A DNA stretch of 64,000 nucleotides from Enoplolaimus lenunculus (taxonomy: Eukaryota): the NCBI GenBank assembly GCA_030248215.1, contig JASANG010003910.1:124001-188000 (forward strand), in the 5' to 3' direction. A program made the position numbers and the translations under genes. Shown one piece after another: positions 35,419-49,300 of this stretch (position 1 is its first letter; the number at the start of each line of letters is the position of its first letter). The notes beneath the pieces were generated by a model. It did no database searches, was not told the DNA's origin, and worked only from the letters and a program-made list of their open reading frames with translations.

Positions 35419-35766
35419 CAGGGTGCAACCGCAATTCCGGTTCCGGCATATTTTCACCTTCCGGTTCCGGTAAATTTTTACCGGATTTAAAAATTCCGGT
35501 GTTATAATTTGGCCGTTTTCTTAACTTTGCTAATTTTTAAGAATCTCTTTTGAAAGCCACTTGTACTCCGAATATAAGCCATTGATGGTGGATTTCACTT
35601 CAGTCGATGATGAAAATCTAAAATACAACAAATAAAATAAATACCTATGTTCGACTAAGGTTATTTCACAAATAATAGAGCAAAAAATAAGATTAAAATG
35701 AAATTTTTGGTGGAATGCATTTTTCACTTTCCGCTTCCGGTAAATTGTAATTCCGGTTGCACCCTG
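35419..35766. mobile_element. hAT-type MITE (family A)
   Basis: CAGGGTGCAACC...GGTTGCACCCTG; TSD ATAGGGAT at 35411-35418 and 35767-35774. Confidence 0.9.
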
Positions 35767-35767
35767 A

Positions 35768-36172
35768 TAGGGATGTACCTATTAATCGGCATCGGCAATG
35801 ATCGGATTCGTGTGGCATGGATATCGGCACTGCAAAAAAAATTGCCGATTCTTTGCCGATACTTTTTGTATGTAACAGTCAGTTGGAATGCTGTCAATTT
35901 TGTTTCTGGGCGTATATCAATGTGTGCGGCCCGGAAAACTGATATCTTTGGCGTTTGAGTAAAAAATTTAATTGAAATGAGCCGTTCTTACAGAATTATA
36001 ATTGTTTATGATGGTTATGGTTTAGGTCTGTATGTAATGATGTAATGTAGTAGTATCCTATCTGTTTATTAAGCATGGTCTGCTAAAGTTGGATTCGGCA
36101 TCGGCAAAATTTCAAAATAAGAATCGACATCAGTATCGGCACTGGCAATAATTTTGATATCGGCACATCCGT
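35768..36172. mobile_element. hAT-type MITE (family C, ATCGGC-rich subtermini)
   Basis: TAGGGATGTACC...GGCACATCCGTA; homologous to 41858-42223 and ~44987-45336 in reverse orientation. Confidence 0.7.
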
Positions 36173-37722
36173 AATTATAAATGCGAAGATTTAAACCATA
36201 ACAACAACCATAACTTCATGAGAACGGTTCTTTTCAATTAGTTTTTCAAACACAACCGTGAGAGACATAACAGTTTCCCTGACCCAACGCACTGAAATAT
36301 ACGCCAACAAGTAAAATTGATACATTTTACCCCGCTGTTGTGTGCAAAAATGATCGGCAAAAAATCGGCAATGTTTTGCAGTGCCAATTAATAGGCAGAT
36401 CCTATTATAAAACGGATTTTTAAAAGTGGGTAATGTGGATATATTAAATATGTTGGTGTGTTGATTACGTTCCCAGGCAAGTCAAAATCCAGCTGTACCC
36501 TGTTCACAATCCAACCTTTTCGGTTTTCAGTTCGGTTAAAAGCTGTAAAATGTTGATAAAACTTTTAGTTTATAAATTTTGTATACCAACAAACCTGATT
36601 CAGCATATCAAAAGTTACCGGAAGATGTGAAAAAGAGATTTAATGAATACAAGTACCGCATAGTTAAGAAATCAGATTCTCATAACGTAACCGAAATTGT
36701 GAATCCACACTGCTACCTATAGCTTTGAAACCGTATCTATCTATACGCTTGCTATGGCTAAACACAATATCACACACTAGATTAGCTCTTTAGAGTTTCT
36801 TTTTCGATTCATATTTCTTGGACACCGTTATCATGGAATAATCAGTTGTTAAGCAGTTGAGCCCAGGCCAAATTGCTAAGAGTTTAAAATGATAATATTT
36901 CTTACCGCTTTCTGCGTTTTTGCCGTTAAGAACACAAGTTGCATTTTGACAAATATATATTTTGCTAAATATTACTGTAAATACCATGGTGTGACCGTAC
37001 GTATATCCGGTTCTCGAGAAACACCAACATATGGCTCCGGTATTATACTTTAAGGGATATTTAACGCTGAAAAGTATAACAACTATGTATTATGCTGTAG
37101 TTTGTCACCAAAATAGCAGTATTTGATATCAAGCGCCTTTTTCCGCAATGGCAAACCTAAGTGTGTGTATACTACGAAACACAGTTAATACTAAAACTCT
37201 TGAGCAACAAAGTTATCGTATCCCAGCGCAAAAATGCGCTTAATCCTGATCCGACAGGACATTTTCGGATTAATCTTAGCGATGGGAGCGAACAATGTCT
37301 ACCTCACATTCATGGCATGTAGTGTTTATTCGTTTCGTATTTTGTACATCTGTTTACATATGGGTATATGAGCCCGCGCATAATAGTTTGATTGACATGT
37401 TTGCTTTTCTCAGGAATTCTTTATTTGAGCTACCGACCTGGAATGGCATATGTTTGATTTGACATAGCCACGGATGTTTAATTTCTGAGATGCTTGCTTA
37501 ATACAATATGCAAATACGTAATCAATGATAAGGTAAAATTTTGATCCATTACTTAAATAACTACTGAGTTGATGTTTGAAAACCTTAATAACTTTGCATA
37601 AGTTGCACTATTTCCAAAGAATCACCTTTAACATAACGCTGCGCACTTTGTGCAAGAAGTTAAGAAAATTTGAGCACAACAAGCACGGTACTAAGCGGAA
37701 CAGAATCATGTCAGGATCGTAA

Positions 37723-38578
37723 GGGTTGCGCTATACTTGACGTCCGGCGCCATCCGTCACCCGTCCGGCGCCATTCGTCACCCGTCCGGGTCACCCGTCC
37801 GGCGCCATCCGTCACCCGTCCGGCGCCATCCGTCACCCGTCCGGCGCCATCCGTCACCCGTCCGGCGCCATCCGTCACCCGTCCGGCGCCATCCATCACC
37901 CGTCCGGCGCCATCCGTCACCCGTCCGGCGCCATCCGTCACCCGTCCGGCGCCCTCCGTCACCCGTCCGGCGCCCTCCGTCACCCGTCCGGCGCCCTCCG
38001 TCACCCGTCCGGCGCCCTCCGTCACCCGTCCGGCGCCCTCAGTCACCATCCGGCGCCCTCCGTCACCCGTCCGGCGCCCTCCGTCACCCGTCCGGCGTTT
38101 GCACTATTTTTAAAACCACTATACTTGATGTCTGTCACCGTGCGTCACCCGTCCGGGTCACCCGTCCGGCGCCATCCGTCACCCGTCCGGCGCCGTCCGG
38201 CGCCATCCGTCACCCGTCCGGCGCCATCCGTCACCCGTCCGGCGCCATCCGTCACCCGTCCGGCGCCATCCGTCACCCGTCCGGCGCCATCCATCACCCG
38301 TCCGGCGCCATCCGTCACCCGTCCGGCGCCATCCGTCACCCGTCCGGCGCCCTCCGTCACCCGTCCGGCGCCCTCCGTCACCCGTCCGGCGTTTGCACTA
38401 TTTTTAAAACCACTATACTTGATGTCTGTCACCGTGCGTCACCCGTCCAGCGCAGTACGTCGCCGTCCGTCGCCCGTCTGGCTCTGTTGGTCACCCGTCC
38501 GGCGCCGTGGTTCACCCGTACAGCACCGTCCGTCACCGTGGGACGGCGCTGGACGTCAACAAAGGTGTAGCGCAACGC
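37723..38578. mobile_element. PIF/Harbinger-type MITE filled with a 21-bp GC-rich minisatellite
   Basis: TIR GGGTTGCGCTATAC / GTGTAGCGCAACGC; TAA on both flanks (37720-37722, 38579-38581); internal CCGTCCGGCGCC(A/C)TCCGTCAC tandem units. Confidence 0.82.
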
Positions 38579-41500
38579 TAACCCGAAAAAATTGCATGTG
38601 CGTGAAACAGCTTAAGGGGAAGTACATACGTATATTAGCAAGGGCTCATTGTGCACAAGCAGTATAACGATTAGTATAAGGATTACGTTTCTGATATTTT
38701 TGGTGACTTAATTTAGTTTGTAGTGGACGACTACACAGCCATTGTTACTTTCAAAAATGTACATGAATATTTGTACGAAGTGTGAACATGGATATCAGAA
38801 AAAGTTTCAGTTTTTAAAACTTTGAATCAGAATTCAAAAACGTAATAAATTGCATATGCTTATCTTGAAGAACGTAAAACCGGGCGATATATGTTTTTGG
38901 TTGTTGTTCTTTAGATTACAAATATCACGCTGAAGGTTATGTTTTTGTGAGATATGTAAATATGCATGTGATATCGGGCTCCGCCTGGTTGTTGTAATAT
39001 CCGGCTTCACAGGTAGCTGCAGTATATTATCGGGCGCCGCAGGAAGCTGCCGTATATTCTCCGACTCCACAGAAAGCTATCAGAGTTGGACATTACCCGT
39101 TGCTAATCGCGGATCGGGTAAACAATTTCAGGCGTGGATATACCCGCGGGTAAAAATATGCAGTTCTTACTCGCGCCAAATTTTTATGTGTTGACGTGCA
39201 AAACATACGTTAGGAACTATTGTAGTGACCCGAATAAGAGGGGGCAGAGATATTTATTTTGCCTCTCCAAAGAGTACGTACCCCTCTGTTATTCGGTTAC
39301 GGACTGTGATTTATTTTTAACCCGCCCTCCGCCTCCCTTCGTTACTGATATAATGGTCATCTGATATTCATACTAGCCAAATATTGCTCAGAACAACGCA
39401 TGTCGGTGCATTATATAAAGCGGGGTTGTGATGCCATCATTCAATAATGAGGTTACGTGAACTACTTTGAGTAAGCTTCCAGATGTTACGTAACGTGATA
39501 TGGTCTGGTTTACTTCTTGTCAGGGCCCATATTCTCAAATGCATATAGCACCTATCATTAGTTATTGATAGGTTTTCAAACTGACGAAGTGCTGCAATTG
39601 CAGATCTCAAAATTGGTACAACAGTAAGACAAATCAAACGCAAACAATACGCTGAACTTCGAACCTCACTATGCGCTGGTACCAAAGTTACAGGACCTAT
39701 CGCCAACAGGTGATAGGTGCTACACACATTTGAGAATACGGGCTCAGATGCTGTGCAATGTTATACCGGTGCTTCATTTAGTTGGGTTTCAAATTTTGTT
39801 GTTTCTAGTACACTTTCATGTGTAAAATTCATTGGAGCTATAAACGTAAAACTTCATTAAATTGCGAATCACCAGCAATCAAAATTCTGGTTTAACTTCC
39901 GTCGCGGGCAAAAGGTGGGTCGCTGGTCGATCTTTTTGGTGTGCGTATACCCGCGGGCAACAAATTCATATTTGCGTCGGTAAAGCTCGGGTCGGGTAAA
40001 AAAAATCCTTGCCCGCTTCCAACTCTGGTATATATCCAGTGCTTGTTTAACATCAGGCGACAAAATGGCCGTTTCTGTAGTTGAGTATACCTATATACCT
40101 ACCAAGTACTGCTTGTCTACGGTCAACAGAATATTTATGAACGTTTTATAGGGAATATGCTGTTGCTCTTCATCACCGACACCTGTTCAATTTAGTATGG
40201 GACGGTTGACGTTTTATTGTATTGAAGTTGTCACACAAATAGTTATGCTTTTCCAGTTGTGCAAACACCGGAACATTACATTGGGTCATTGACAATTGGC
40301 TGAAAATTAGTAATTTTATGCTATCAGGTTGATAACTTTGTAATCTCCCAGGGTTGAACTAAATTGTGCTTGAACAGGAACAGGAACGGGAATTTGAAGT
40401 GGTTTTCATCATCGAATATTACTACTGAACTTTTTTGAAAACTTGCCAAAAAGTGGCTCAAGCGAATTTTCAGCTATTTCATCATCAAGTTTTGTAAGAA
40501 CACATCGGAAACAGATTATGTAACAAAATTGAACTAATTGCAAAAACATTTTCTAAGACAAATTCAATAGTCAGATGATTATTAATAATTTGCCACAAAA
40601 CAGTAAAAATTCCGGTTCCTGCATTTTTATGTCAATTCTGGTTTGAACAGCAGTTCCGGTTTCGGTTGAAGCCGGCAATCTCCATAAACAGACTTATATG
40701 GCGCTTGCTTCAGCGAAATCTGGCTGCTGAAACAGCAGTTTTTATTTAGATGCTGGAATTCAGCCTATTAAATTTTGGTCAGTGGAAATTAACCCTTTAT
40801 CACATGAATATTTTCTATTTCCCCTGAGACCTACATTTATGCTAGGATTCGAACTCCAGTGACTGGAGTGGGAGGCCTTTTCCATCACCACTCAGCTATA
40901 GGAGCTTGACGCTCGAGCCCGAGGGGCTTTCACGTCTTGTGGTGATTTAGTACTATGTATATGTGTTGCAATTGTTAAACACTGTGCTTTATATATTATT
41001 TAACGTATATACACTGCACTGAGTTGCCTGTAGGCAACTCTATGTGAAAAGGGTTTAAGCATTTTACTAAAGAATACGGCAAAAATGCAATAGATTTTAT
41101 TAATATAGTATATAAACCTTGACAATCACCGAAAATAAACCATCGAATGCAGATTTCGCGTCCGTGGATAATGAAAATCTAAAATACAACAGATTAAGTA
41201 AATACTGTCTGTAACTAAGGTTATTCCACCAACAGTATATATAAAGATTAAAAAAATTTTCCGTAGCTTGTATTTTTCGCTTTCCGGTTCTGTTTCCGGT
41301 AACTTTTTTCAACTTTGGTTCCCGTAAATTGTTATTCTGGTTGCACCCTGGCACCGGCACATTTTTTCGGATAATTATTGTAATAGTTGGATATCCGACA
41401 GGGTTCCACCGTACGTAATTTCTGTTACAGCCGGATATCCTGCAAAAATTCAGTTCCTGTTTTTGCATTTAATGATGCAGGAACCGGAATTTTTACGGTT

Positions 41501-41857
41501 TTATACCATTATTCATCATCATTTAAATATTGGAAACGTTGTTTTTGAAAAATTATATCGAAACGATTATTTTTGCAGTTAGTTCAGTTTTTGTAATAAA
41601 CTGTTTCTGATATTATGTTTTCAGAAAACTTGATGATGAAATGCTGAAAATTCGCTTTAGCCATTTTTTAGCAAGTTTTCAAAAATGTCTAACAGAAATT
41701 CGGTGATGAAAATTATTTGCAATTTCGGTTCCTGCAAACGAATTCAGTTCCTGTTCCGGTAAAACTTTGTTCCGTTTAGAGCCTTGATATCCGGATAATT
41801 TTGAGCATATATATGAATTTTTATATGCTGATAATTTTAAAAAAATTCATATAAAGC

Positions 41858-42223
41858 AAGGGACGTGCCGATACCAAAATGTTTACCGATGCCGATTCCA
41901 ACTTTAGTGCACCATGCTAAATAAACATAGGATACTCCATTACATCATTATATGAAGACGTAAACCTTAACCATCATAAACGATTAAAATTTTATAAGAA
42001 CGGTTCATTTCAATTAATTTTTTCAAACACAAACGCAAAAGAGATAACAGTTTTCTTGACCAGACACCCAGATATGCGCCCAAAATGAAACTGATCGCGT
42101 TCCAAGCGACTGTTATATGTGCAAAAAGTATCGGCAAAGAATCGGCAGTTTTTTGCAATGCCGATGCCGGTACTCGCGAAAAATGCCGATTACTGCCGAT
42201 GCCGATTAATCTGCACATCCCTA
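41858..42223. mobile_element. hAT-type MITE (family C)
   Basis: AAGGGACGTGCCGAT...TGCACATCCCTA; TSD TATAAAGC at 41850-41857 and 42224-42231. Confidence 0.85.
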
Positions 42224-44345
42224 TATAAAGCATGTAATATATAGTGTGCAAAGAGAAGCATACATTCCTTCTCTGTACTAATGTTTGAAGGTATGTTTGC
42301 AGTTTCATCATTGTTCGAAATCCGGATAATATATAGTTTTTGATCGTTTCTAGTAAAACGGGTGTACTTTGTTAATTGCGAGAAATGCTGAAGCATGAAG
42401 CTAAAACACCATTACAAATGTATGCACATATTTTAATTTTATGAACATAATCGTTAACTTTTGGACAATGGTTCCACGGGAATTCCTTTTCCGACCGTAA
42501 TTCCTCAACAATTGACTAATGTTCTTGTTTCGACTCTCAACGACGCGGCAACCGGCATTTTTTACGACGATTTTATGCAAATTACGTATACAAACACGCT
42601 TGGGTTTTTGTATTAAAGCTTAATGATGAAATCATAAAAAAGTTCGCTTCAACTACCTTTAGATTTGTTTTCTAAATAGTAAAACAGTAATTCCTGGCAG
42701 ATATATAATTTGTTTCAAGTTGCTGTTCCTGTTTTTTGTTTCGGCAAAACATAGGTCCCATTGGAATCCTGGTTTCAATTATACGTATATACTCTTTCTT
42801 TCCAGGTAAAAATACCTGGCTGGCATTTTACTACTTAATATATAGCTGTATAATCAGCGGGTTCAAATTAGTGTCGTACTAGCTACAAGAATGCGTTAAC
42901 TAAAGCCACATGCGCATAATTTAACCTTTGTTAATTTTTCCATGACTTCTGAGAGTTCTATGCAGCTTTGGTGCATATGCGTACGTAATGGGTTGCGACA
43001 GTTTATTATTGCTTGAATTATTACTGTCTTGAGTTCAAGTTTATGTGTATACGTATGCAATAGTTATGCTTCATAGGACGTGTCTTCTGCCTTGTTTGCT
43101 AATGATTTCTATTTTAGTTTGTTTCTTATTTTTACCGGTTTTGTAATCTTAGTATTTTGTAATCGAATCACGCTATAATTCATAGACATACGTATATATA
43201 GTATGTAACATTAACTTCGTATGTTTTAAAGTTGGAAATTTACTCGGCGTGTACGTACCAGATATGATTCGTTTATATGTTATACATATTTCACATTGTC
43301 GACAAAATTTTAGTTCCGATCTCTATTTGGATTCCGGTATCAATTGCTATTTGGCTTAGGTCACACTGCTATTTGCTCAGAATAGGAGATTAGCCTACGG
43401 CATACACGTAGTTCCACTTTGCACACCAGGTAAACGGTGTTGGTTCACTGTATTTAATGCACAGAGATACCTTATGCTTTATATAGACATTTGTTGTTTT
43501 AACAAACATACGTGCACGTTAGATGTGACGCTCCCTGGCGTTTTTGCCAAATGGTTGAAAAAACGTATTTACTCTGCTTTTGGCCATTATTTAAAATTTT
43601 GCAGTTTAAATATAAGCTGTGTTTCGTTGTATGCCTAGTTATTTGTTTAATGGTGCAACTTCTGTCTGTGAAACTTGCAGGGTTTCAACAGGAATTGAAA
43701 TTGACCGGAGGGACCAAACAAACCAAGAACAGAAATTGAGTGTCTACCGGAACAGGACCAGAAACCGGAATTTGAAGCAGTTTTTAATAAAGCTGCTGTT
43801 TTATTTTTCGAAAACTGCCAAAATCCTAATTTGAGCAATTTGGCAACGATTTAAACATCATGTTTTTGTTAATTTAACGAAGTCACGCCATCACTTATAT
43901 TAATATTATAATCTATTCATAAAATTGAACTAGGTGCGAAAAAAACATGGATTTGGGAACCTGAATAGTATTTAACACGAATTCTTGCCGGAACTAGAAT
44001 TCCAGTGGAGTGGAAATCTAAACGTATTATTTGACTCTCTCATTGTTGTTTCTTAACAGAACGTTTGGATGCAGGCTGTACCCAGCAACTGAAAGTTACT
44101 TTAAAATTTCCAGCTCCAGTGAACGTTTTTTGATTCATATTCTCTGGCAAGTCCGGTAGCACAGACACATCAAATTATGCAAAAGGAGCGAAAATGAATT
44201 TGGAGGATGCACTTGAGTGCATATATTACGTTGACCTTCTTTTGCTGTGCGAATAGCCTGTAGCTTACGTATATTTCGCAAGTCCTCGTTGTGTAAATAA
44301 AATGGACAAAATGGAAGGGTTCGTTCCTGTAAAATAGTTTTATAC

Positions 44346-44772
44346 CAGGGTGCAACCGGAATTCCGGTTCCGGCAATTTTTTGCCTTCTGGTTCCGAATC
44401 GGGTAATTTTTTACAGGAATTAAAAATTCCGGTATTAAATTTTAGTTGGTGGTAATTAAGATGTTTTACTAAAAATGACGATAAAAATTAAGTTTATATT
44501 TCATTCGTATAGTATATTATAAAAATTGACAATCGCCGAAAATCAACCATCCAAGGTAGGTTGCGCTTCCGTGGATTATGAAAATCGAAAATACAGCAGA
44601 TAAAGTGAATACCTATCTCGAACTAAGGGTTATTTCACCAATAATATTGCAAAAAAGAAAATTAAAATGAATTTTTCGGTGGCTTGTATTTTTCATTTTC
44701 CGGTTCCGTTTTCGGTAATTTTTTCAAATCCTGGTTCTGGTTCCGGTGAATTATAATTCCGGTTGCTCCCTG
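44346..44772. mobile_element. hAT-type MITE (family A, diverged subfamily)
   Basis: CAGGGTGCAACCGG...CCGGTTGCTCCCTG; TSD TTTTATAC on both sides. Confidence 0.88.
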
Positions 44773-46005
44773 TTTTATACACATCTTAGAAACTACGCGG
44801 CGCTTCGGCGTCACATTCTTGGAATTGCGTATGTATGTGCCGCTGTCAGAGATTTTTGGTTCCGCCACTTTTTACCTTTATCGTAAACATATGACAAGAT
44901 TATACTCAATGTAGATTTTTCGCCCGATGTTTAACTGGAGTGGAATATCTGGTGGTTTATTGAGCTGTGTACATCTATGTAATTACAAGGTGGTGCCGAT
45001 ACCAAAATTTATGCCGATGACAATTTTTATTTTGAAATTTTGCCGATTCCGAGCCGATGCCAATTCTAATTTTAGTACACCATGCTAAATAAACGGATAG
45101 GATACTACATTGACGGTTCATTTCGATTAGTTTTTCAAACACAAACGCATGAGAGAACAGTTTTCCTGACCAGACACACTGATATGCACCTAAAAATGAA
45201 ATTGATGGCATTCCAACTGACTGTTATGTGCAAAAAGTATCGTCAAAGAATCGACATTTTTTCCAGTGACGATGTTGATGCCGATACTCAAGAAAAGTGC
45301 CGATTATTACCGATGCCGATTAATTGGCACATCCCTATGAAAATACCACTATCGAGTTCCGGTTCTTGTATACGGTATAAAATTGCCAATTTTTTTCCAG
45401 TGTCGATGCCGATACTCACGAAAAATACGAATTATTACCGATGCCTATGCCGATTAATCGGGGCAGTTCTTAATCATTCGTAAACAACGATGATGTAGTG
45501 TGACACTAATCTTTTGTGCGGTGCAGCAAATATTATCTGCACGCGTGTGAGTTCGTTGGTATACATACGTAATATATATACATACCTATTCATATTTGAT
45601 AGAACACCGAACGTACCATTTTTGCTGTTTTTCCATCGTTTTCAAACCACTTTGCTGTGGGACACCGAAGAAGCCACTCCTGAATACAGAGAGAGAGAGC
45701 AATTGCAATATCTCTTGGCAGCACTGTACGCGTGCGTACCTTAAATACAACACTGCGGTATGCAGTTCACGTTGTGCGCAGTCGAGAAGCCGGTATATGA
45801 GCAACTGTTGTGCGTTTTATAGTGGCTTTAAAATATATTGTTTTTTTTTTAAATTTAAGGTGCAGGTTTATTTTTTGCGCGGCGAAGATCGTTGATGAGA
45901 CTGTCAAGGCTAAATTTTCGTTGTGCTAAACGGCAAAGTGCTACCGGATTTAAAACTAAAGCTGTGAACGGAGCCAGAACTGAATAGTAAACAATAACTA
46001 TATAC

Positions 46006-46396
46006 CAGGGTGCAACCGGAATTACAATTTACCGGAACCGGAACCGGAATTTGAAAATTTTACCGGAACCGGAACCGGAAAATGAAAAGTGCATTTCATT
46101 AAAAATTTCATTTTAATGTTATTTTTTGCTCTATTATTTGTGAAATAACCTTAGTCGAACGTAGGTATTTATTTTATTTGCTGTATTTTAGATTTTCATC
46201 ATCGACTGAAGTGAAATCCACCATCAATGACTTATATTCGGAGTACAAGTGGCTGTCAAAAGAGATTCTTAAAAATTAGCAAAGTTAAGAAAACGGCCAA
46301 ATTATAATACCGGAATTTTTAAATCCGGTAAAAATTTACCGGAACCGGAACCGGAAGGTGAAAAATTGCCGGAACCGGAATTCCGGTTGCACCCTG
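46006..46396. mobile_element. hAT-type MITE (family A)
   Basis: Perfect TIRs, (ACCGGA)n subterminal repeats, TSD CTATATAC on both sides. Confidence 0.92.
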
Positions 46397-49300
46397 CTAT
46401 ATACTATTGAAAACGTAATTTTCTGCATTAATTTGAGTTAAACTATGTATAATCTTAATTTTTAAAGCACGCTTTTGGCTGAAGCAGTTATATATTATAG
46501 TGTGTGATGGTGCTTCGATATTAGGTTTCAGCATCACATAAGCTACTGAACGACTTCGGAAGCAAAAATAATTGATGGGCAGTTTTGGAATGCGTTACGA
46601 AACAAGCCGGAGCGACCGTATTTTAATTCCACGATACCGGACCTGGACAGTAACTTTTTTATCTTAAGCGGATACTGAATTTTTTACCAGAACCTGACAT
46701 AGCACAAGGTTCCAAAAGGAACTACGTTTCACTGGAACAGTAATTCGTTTTTCACCCCAAGAAGAACAGGAACTAGAACAGGAATTGCAAGTATACTGTA
46801 CCACCGAATTACGACTAATTGACTATAATTTCAAATAAATTATGCTGTTCGTTGACTGTTTTACGTGTTCATGTCTATTAGCCAGTTTTCCAAATTCTAC
46901 AAAATATTGGTCGAACAATTTAAAATATGGGAAATGTGCAGACGAAACACAGTTCCGAACGAAGATATCTATGTTTACGTGTAAACAGCAGTTTTATAAA
47001 ATTTTAGCACCATAACCGCAAATATTCGGTATCCGGTATATTTATCCCAAGTCGGATACAGATATCAGTTTTTTGCCTGATGTTAAACCGGAACCGATTA
47101 TCCGGTTGCGTCTTGCCGCCCACGGTATATGTAGAACACTGAACGTACTTTTGTCGAATTACTTTTAAAATGTAAACAATTACAATTTTGGTGTTTTTCG
47201 GACCCATTTAGTGCTCGCTGTGGCTGATGATTTGAAAAATTGATGTCAGTATAAGAAAAACTTTTATTTGTTTTTGTGGAAAAGTTTTTTTGTTGTTGAG
47301 TTGTGCGGTTGTGATAGCTTTTTCTATATTGGCACCCCCTTGTGTGACGACTTGTTTTCGCTATTGCTAGACTTGAAATGAATCGAATATGTGTTAGTCT
47401 AGATTTTTTCTGCGCAAAACACACAGTAATTTTATGCCACTTACTGCATGGAAAAATTTAGAAGTTAATCCGTTGATACGCTCAAATCTTATACCAGCGC
47501 CGAAACTACGACTGTAACAGATTTTTGCAGTTTTATAATTTTGGGACACTTTTTAAATTGAATACGTAATTCTATCTTGTGGTTGAAATTACAAATTGTT
47601 TTAAATTAGAATGTATGCGAAGCTGACTTTATCTTTTGGCTAACTAGATATCCAGATTTGTTTAAACTGTGTGGATATTGTTTTTGTTAGCGAATCAAGT
47701 CTACTTGTCTTTCGAATATGACCCGTCGAAAATGCTCGTCTTCACTGCCGGAACAGAAGGATTGGCTTTAATAAAAAGTCTCTTATTAAAAGTATAAATA
47801 TATTTTTAAATGACCAAAAACCTATGTTTAGCTGAATCAATCTTCATCTGAGCTCTACTCAATGCGTTCTATTATGACTTCTTTCTGGCTATCAGTGAAC
47901 GGCGATTCGTACGTAGGTAATTTTTATAATATACACGTATACCAGCATGTTTCTTTTGCCGTCTGTATTTGACACCTTTCAACAGTGGCACCGTCATTGA
48001 AATGGGTATTTCTCATTAAACGAGCTTTACAAAGGGTCGGTATACATATGATTAACAGCATATAATGGAATTGCCGAACATAGAAGCGCTTTTACTTAAT
48101 CCAGTTTTTAAAGCTGTAAGATTTACAATGAGTTGTTTTGACTTAGATACAGCTTTTTACGGTGTTGCCACCGTTTTATTGCGGTAGGATATAGCCAATA
48201 TAAACGTTTTTCGACCGTTGAGCGAGGAAAATTTTGTCGGACTTTAAAAGTACGTACGTTTTTTTCTCGTTTCTCCAGAAGTTTTGGCTACGTCTTTGCG
48301 ATGTCTGAAAATTATTGCAGATTTAGTTTTTGAAAGATGTGATCAAGAAGTTGTGAGATATATGGGCCATGCATTGAAGTTGTGTCAGTGTGCGTTAGTT
48401 ATTACAGATAATGGCCTTGTATCATGATTGTACAGCCACAATTTCTATTCCGGTGTGGAAATCCGATGTTTTACTCACAGGTTCCGGTGCTTAATTCGGT
48501 AATCTCAGACGTAAAAATTGAGAATCTTGAAGGTATTTTTTTGTTTTCGACGGTAAGAACACGACGCTGGCGAATCACGTATACAGTAGTGTTTTAAGTT
48601 AAACTATTGCGTTAGGAAAGTATTTTTTGCGAACAAGGCTTACTGTCAAATTTCATTCGCCGGGTTTGGTTAAAAATCCGGTTACCGTTCAAAAGTCTGA
48701 TGTGGTTCGGTTCGTTTCCAATGTTTCTTAATTCCGGTTACACTCTGAGATTTATATATTCGGCCAATTTGCAGGATAATCTTACCAAATCGGTTTGTGC
48801 GTTTAAGACATTAAATATGAAATAATTTCCGTTATATGTTGTTTACTGCGACCGATCAACTTGTCTATTTCCCCTGGCTACGCTGTCTAAGTACGAATTT
48901 ATATGTTCTTCTCCATTAATCCATTATTGCATTTAAAACAATCGTACGAAACGAACAGACGATTATTCAACCATATTGGATGCGGTGGTACGTATATATT
49001 TTCAATCAAATGTTAAGTGCCTTGTTTCAAAAAAGTTAGCTTCCAATTTGTTGAAATTGAAGCATCGTGTAGTACGTGTTTATCGTCTGATGATACATTA
49101 TGCAAAGTTAACACGCACTCTTTCGTATGATATTTAACTTTCAATGGATTCCGAACCGGCAACGCATGTTGATGTCCAAACGCATGGTGTCGATGGGCAT
49201 TCTGTAAGTTGTTTTTGTTGTGTCAAATATGAAACGTGTATACAACCAATAATGGGATGGGATAGAATCCCCAATTTGCAACAAAAAACCGGAGCTGTAG

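Noticed and set aside
37414..37532. Possible exon (TTTTCTCAG ... AG|GTAAAA) downstream of the 34960 exon
   Set aside because: All three frames contain stops, so it cannot be supported as coding.
37670..38667. Long ORFs with RPAPSVT / RRHPSPV / GAGRVTD repeats, and a possible CRISPR-like array
   Set aside because: They are translations of a stop-free 21-bp minisatellite inside a TIR element. There are no unique spacers, no cas genes, and the context is eukaryotic.
49144..49204. Short ATG-initiated segment ending at GTAAGT (MDSEPATHVDVQTHGVDGHS)
   Set aside because: It could be an alternative first exon, but it is too short and has no partner exon to support a call.
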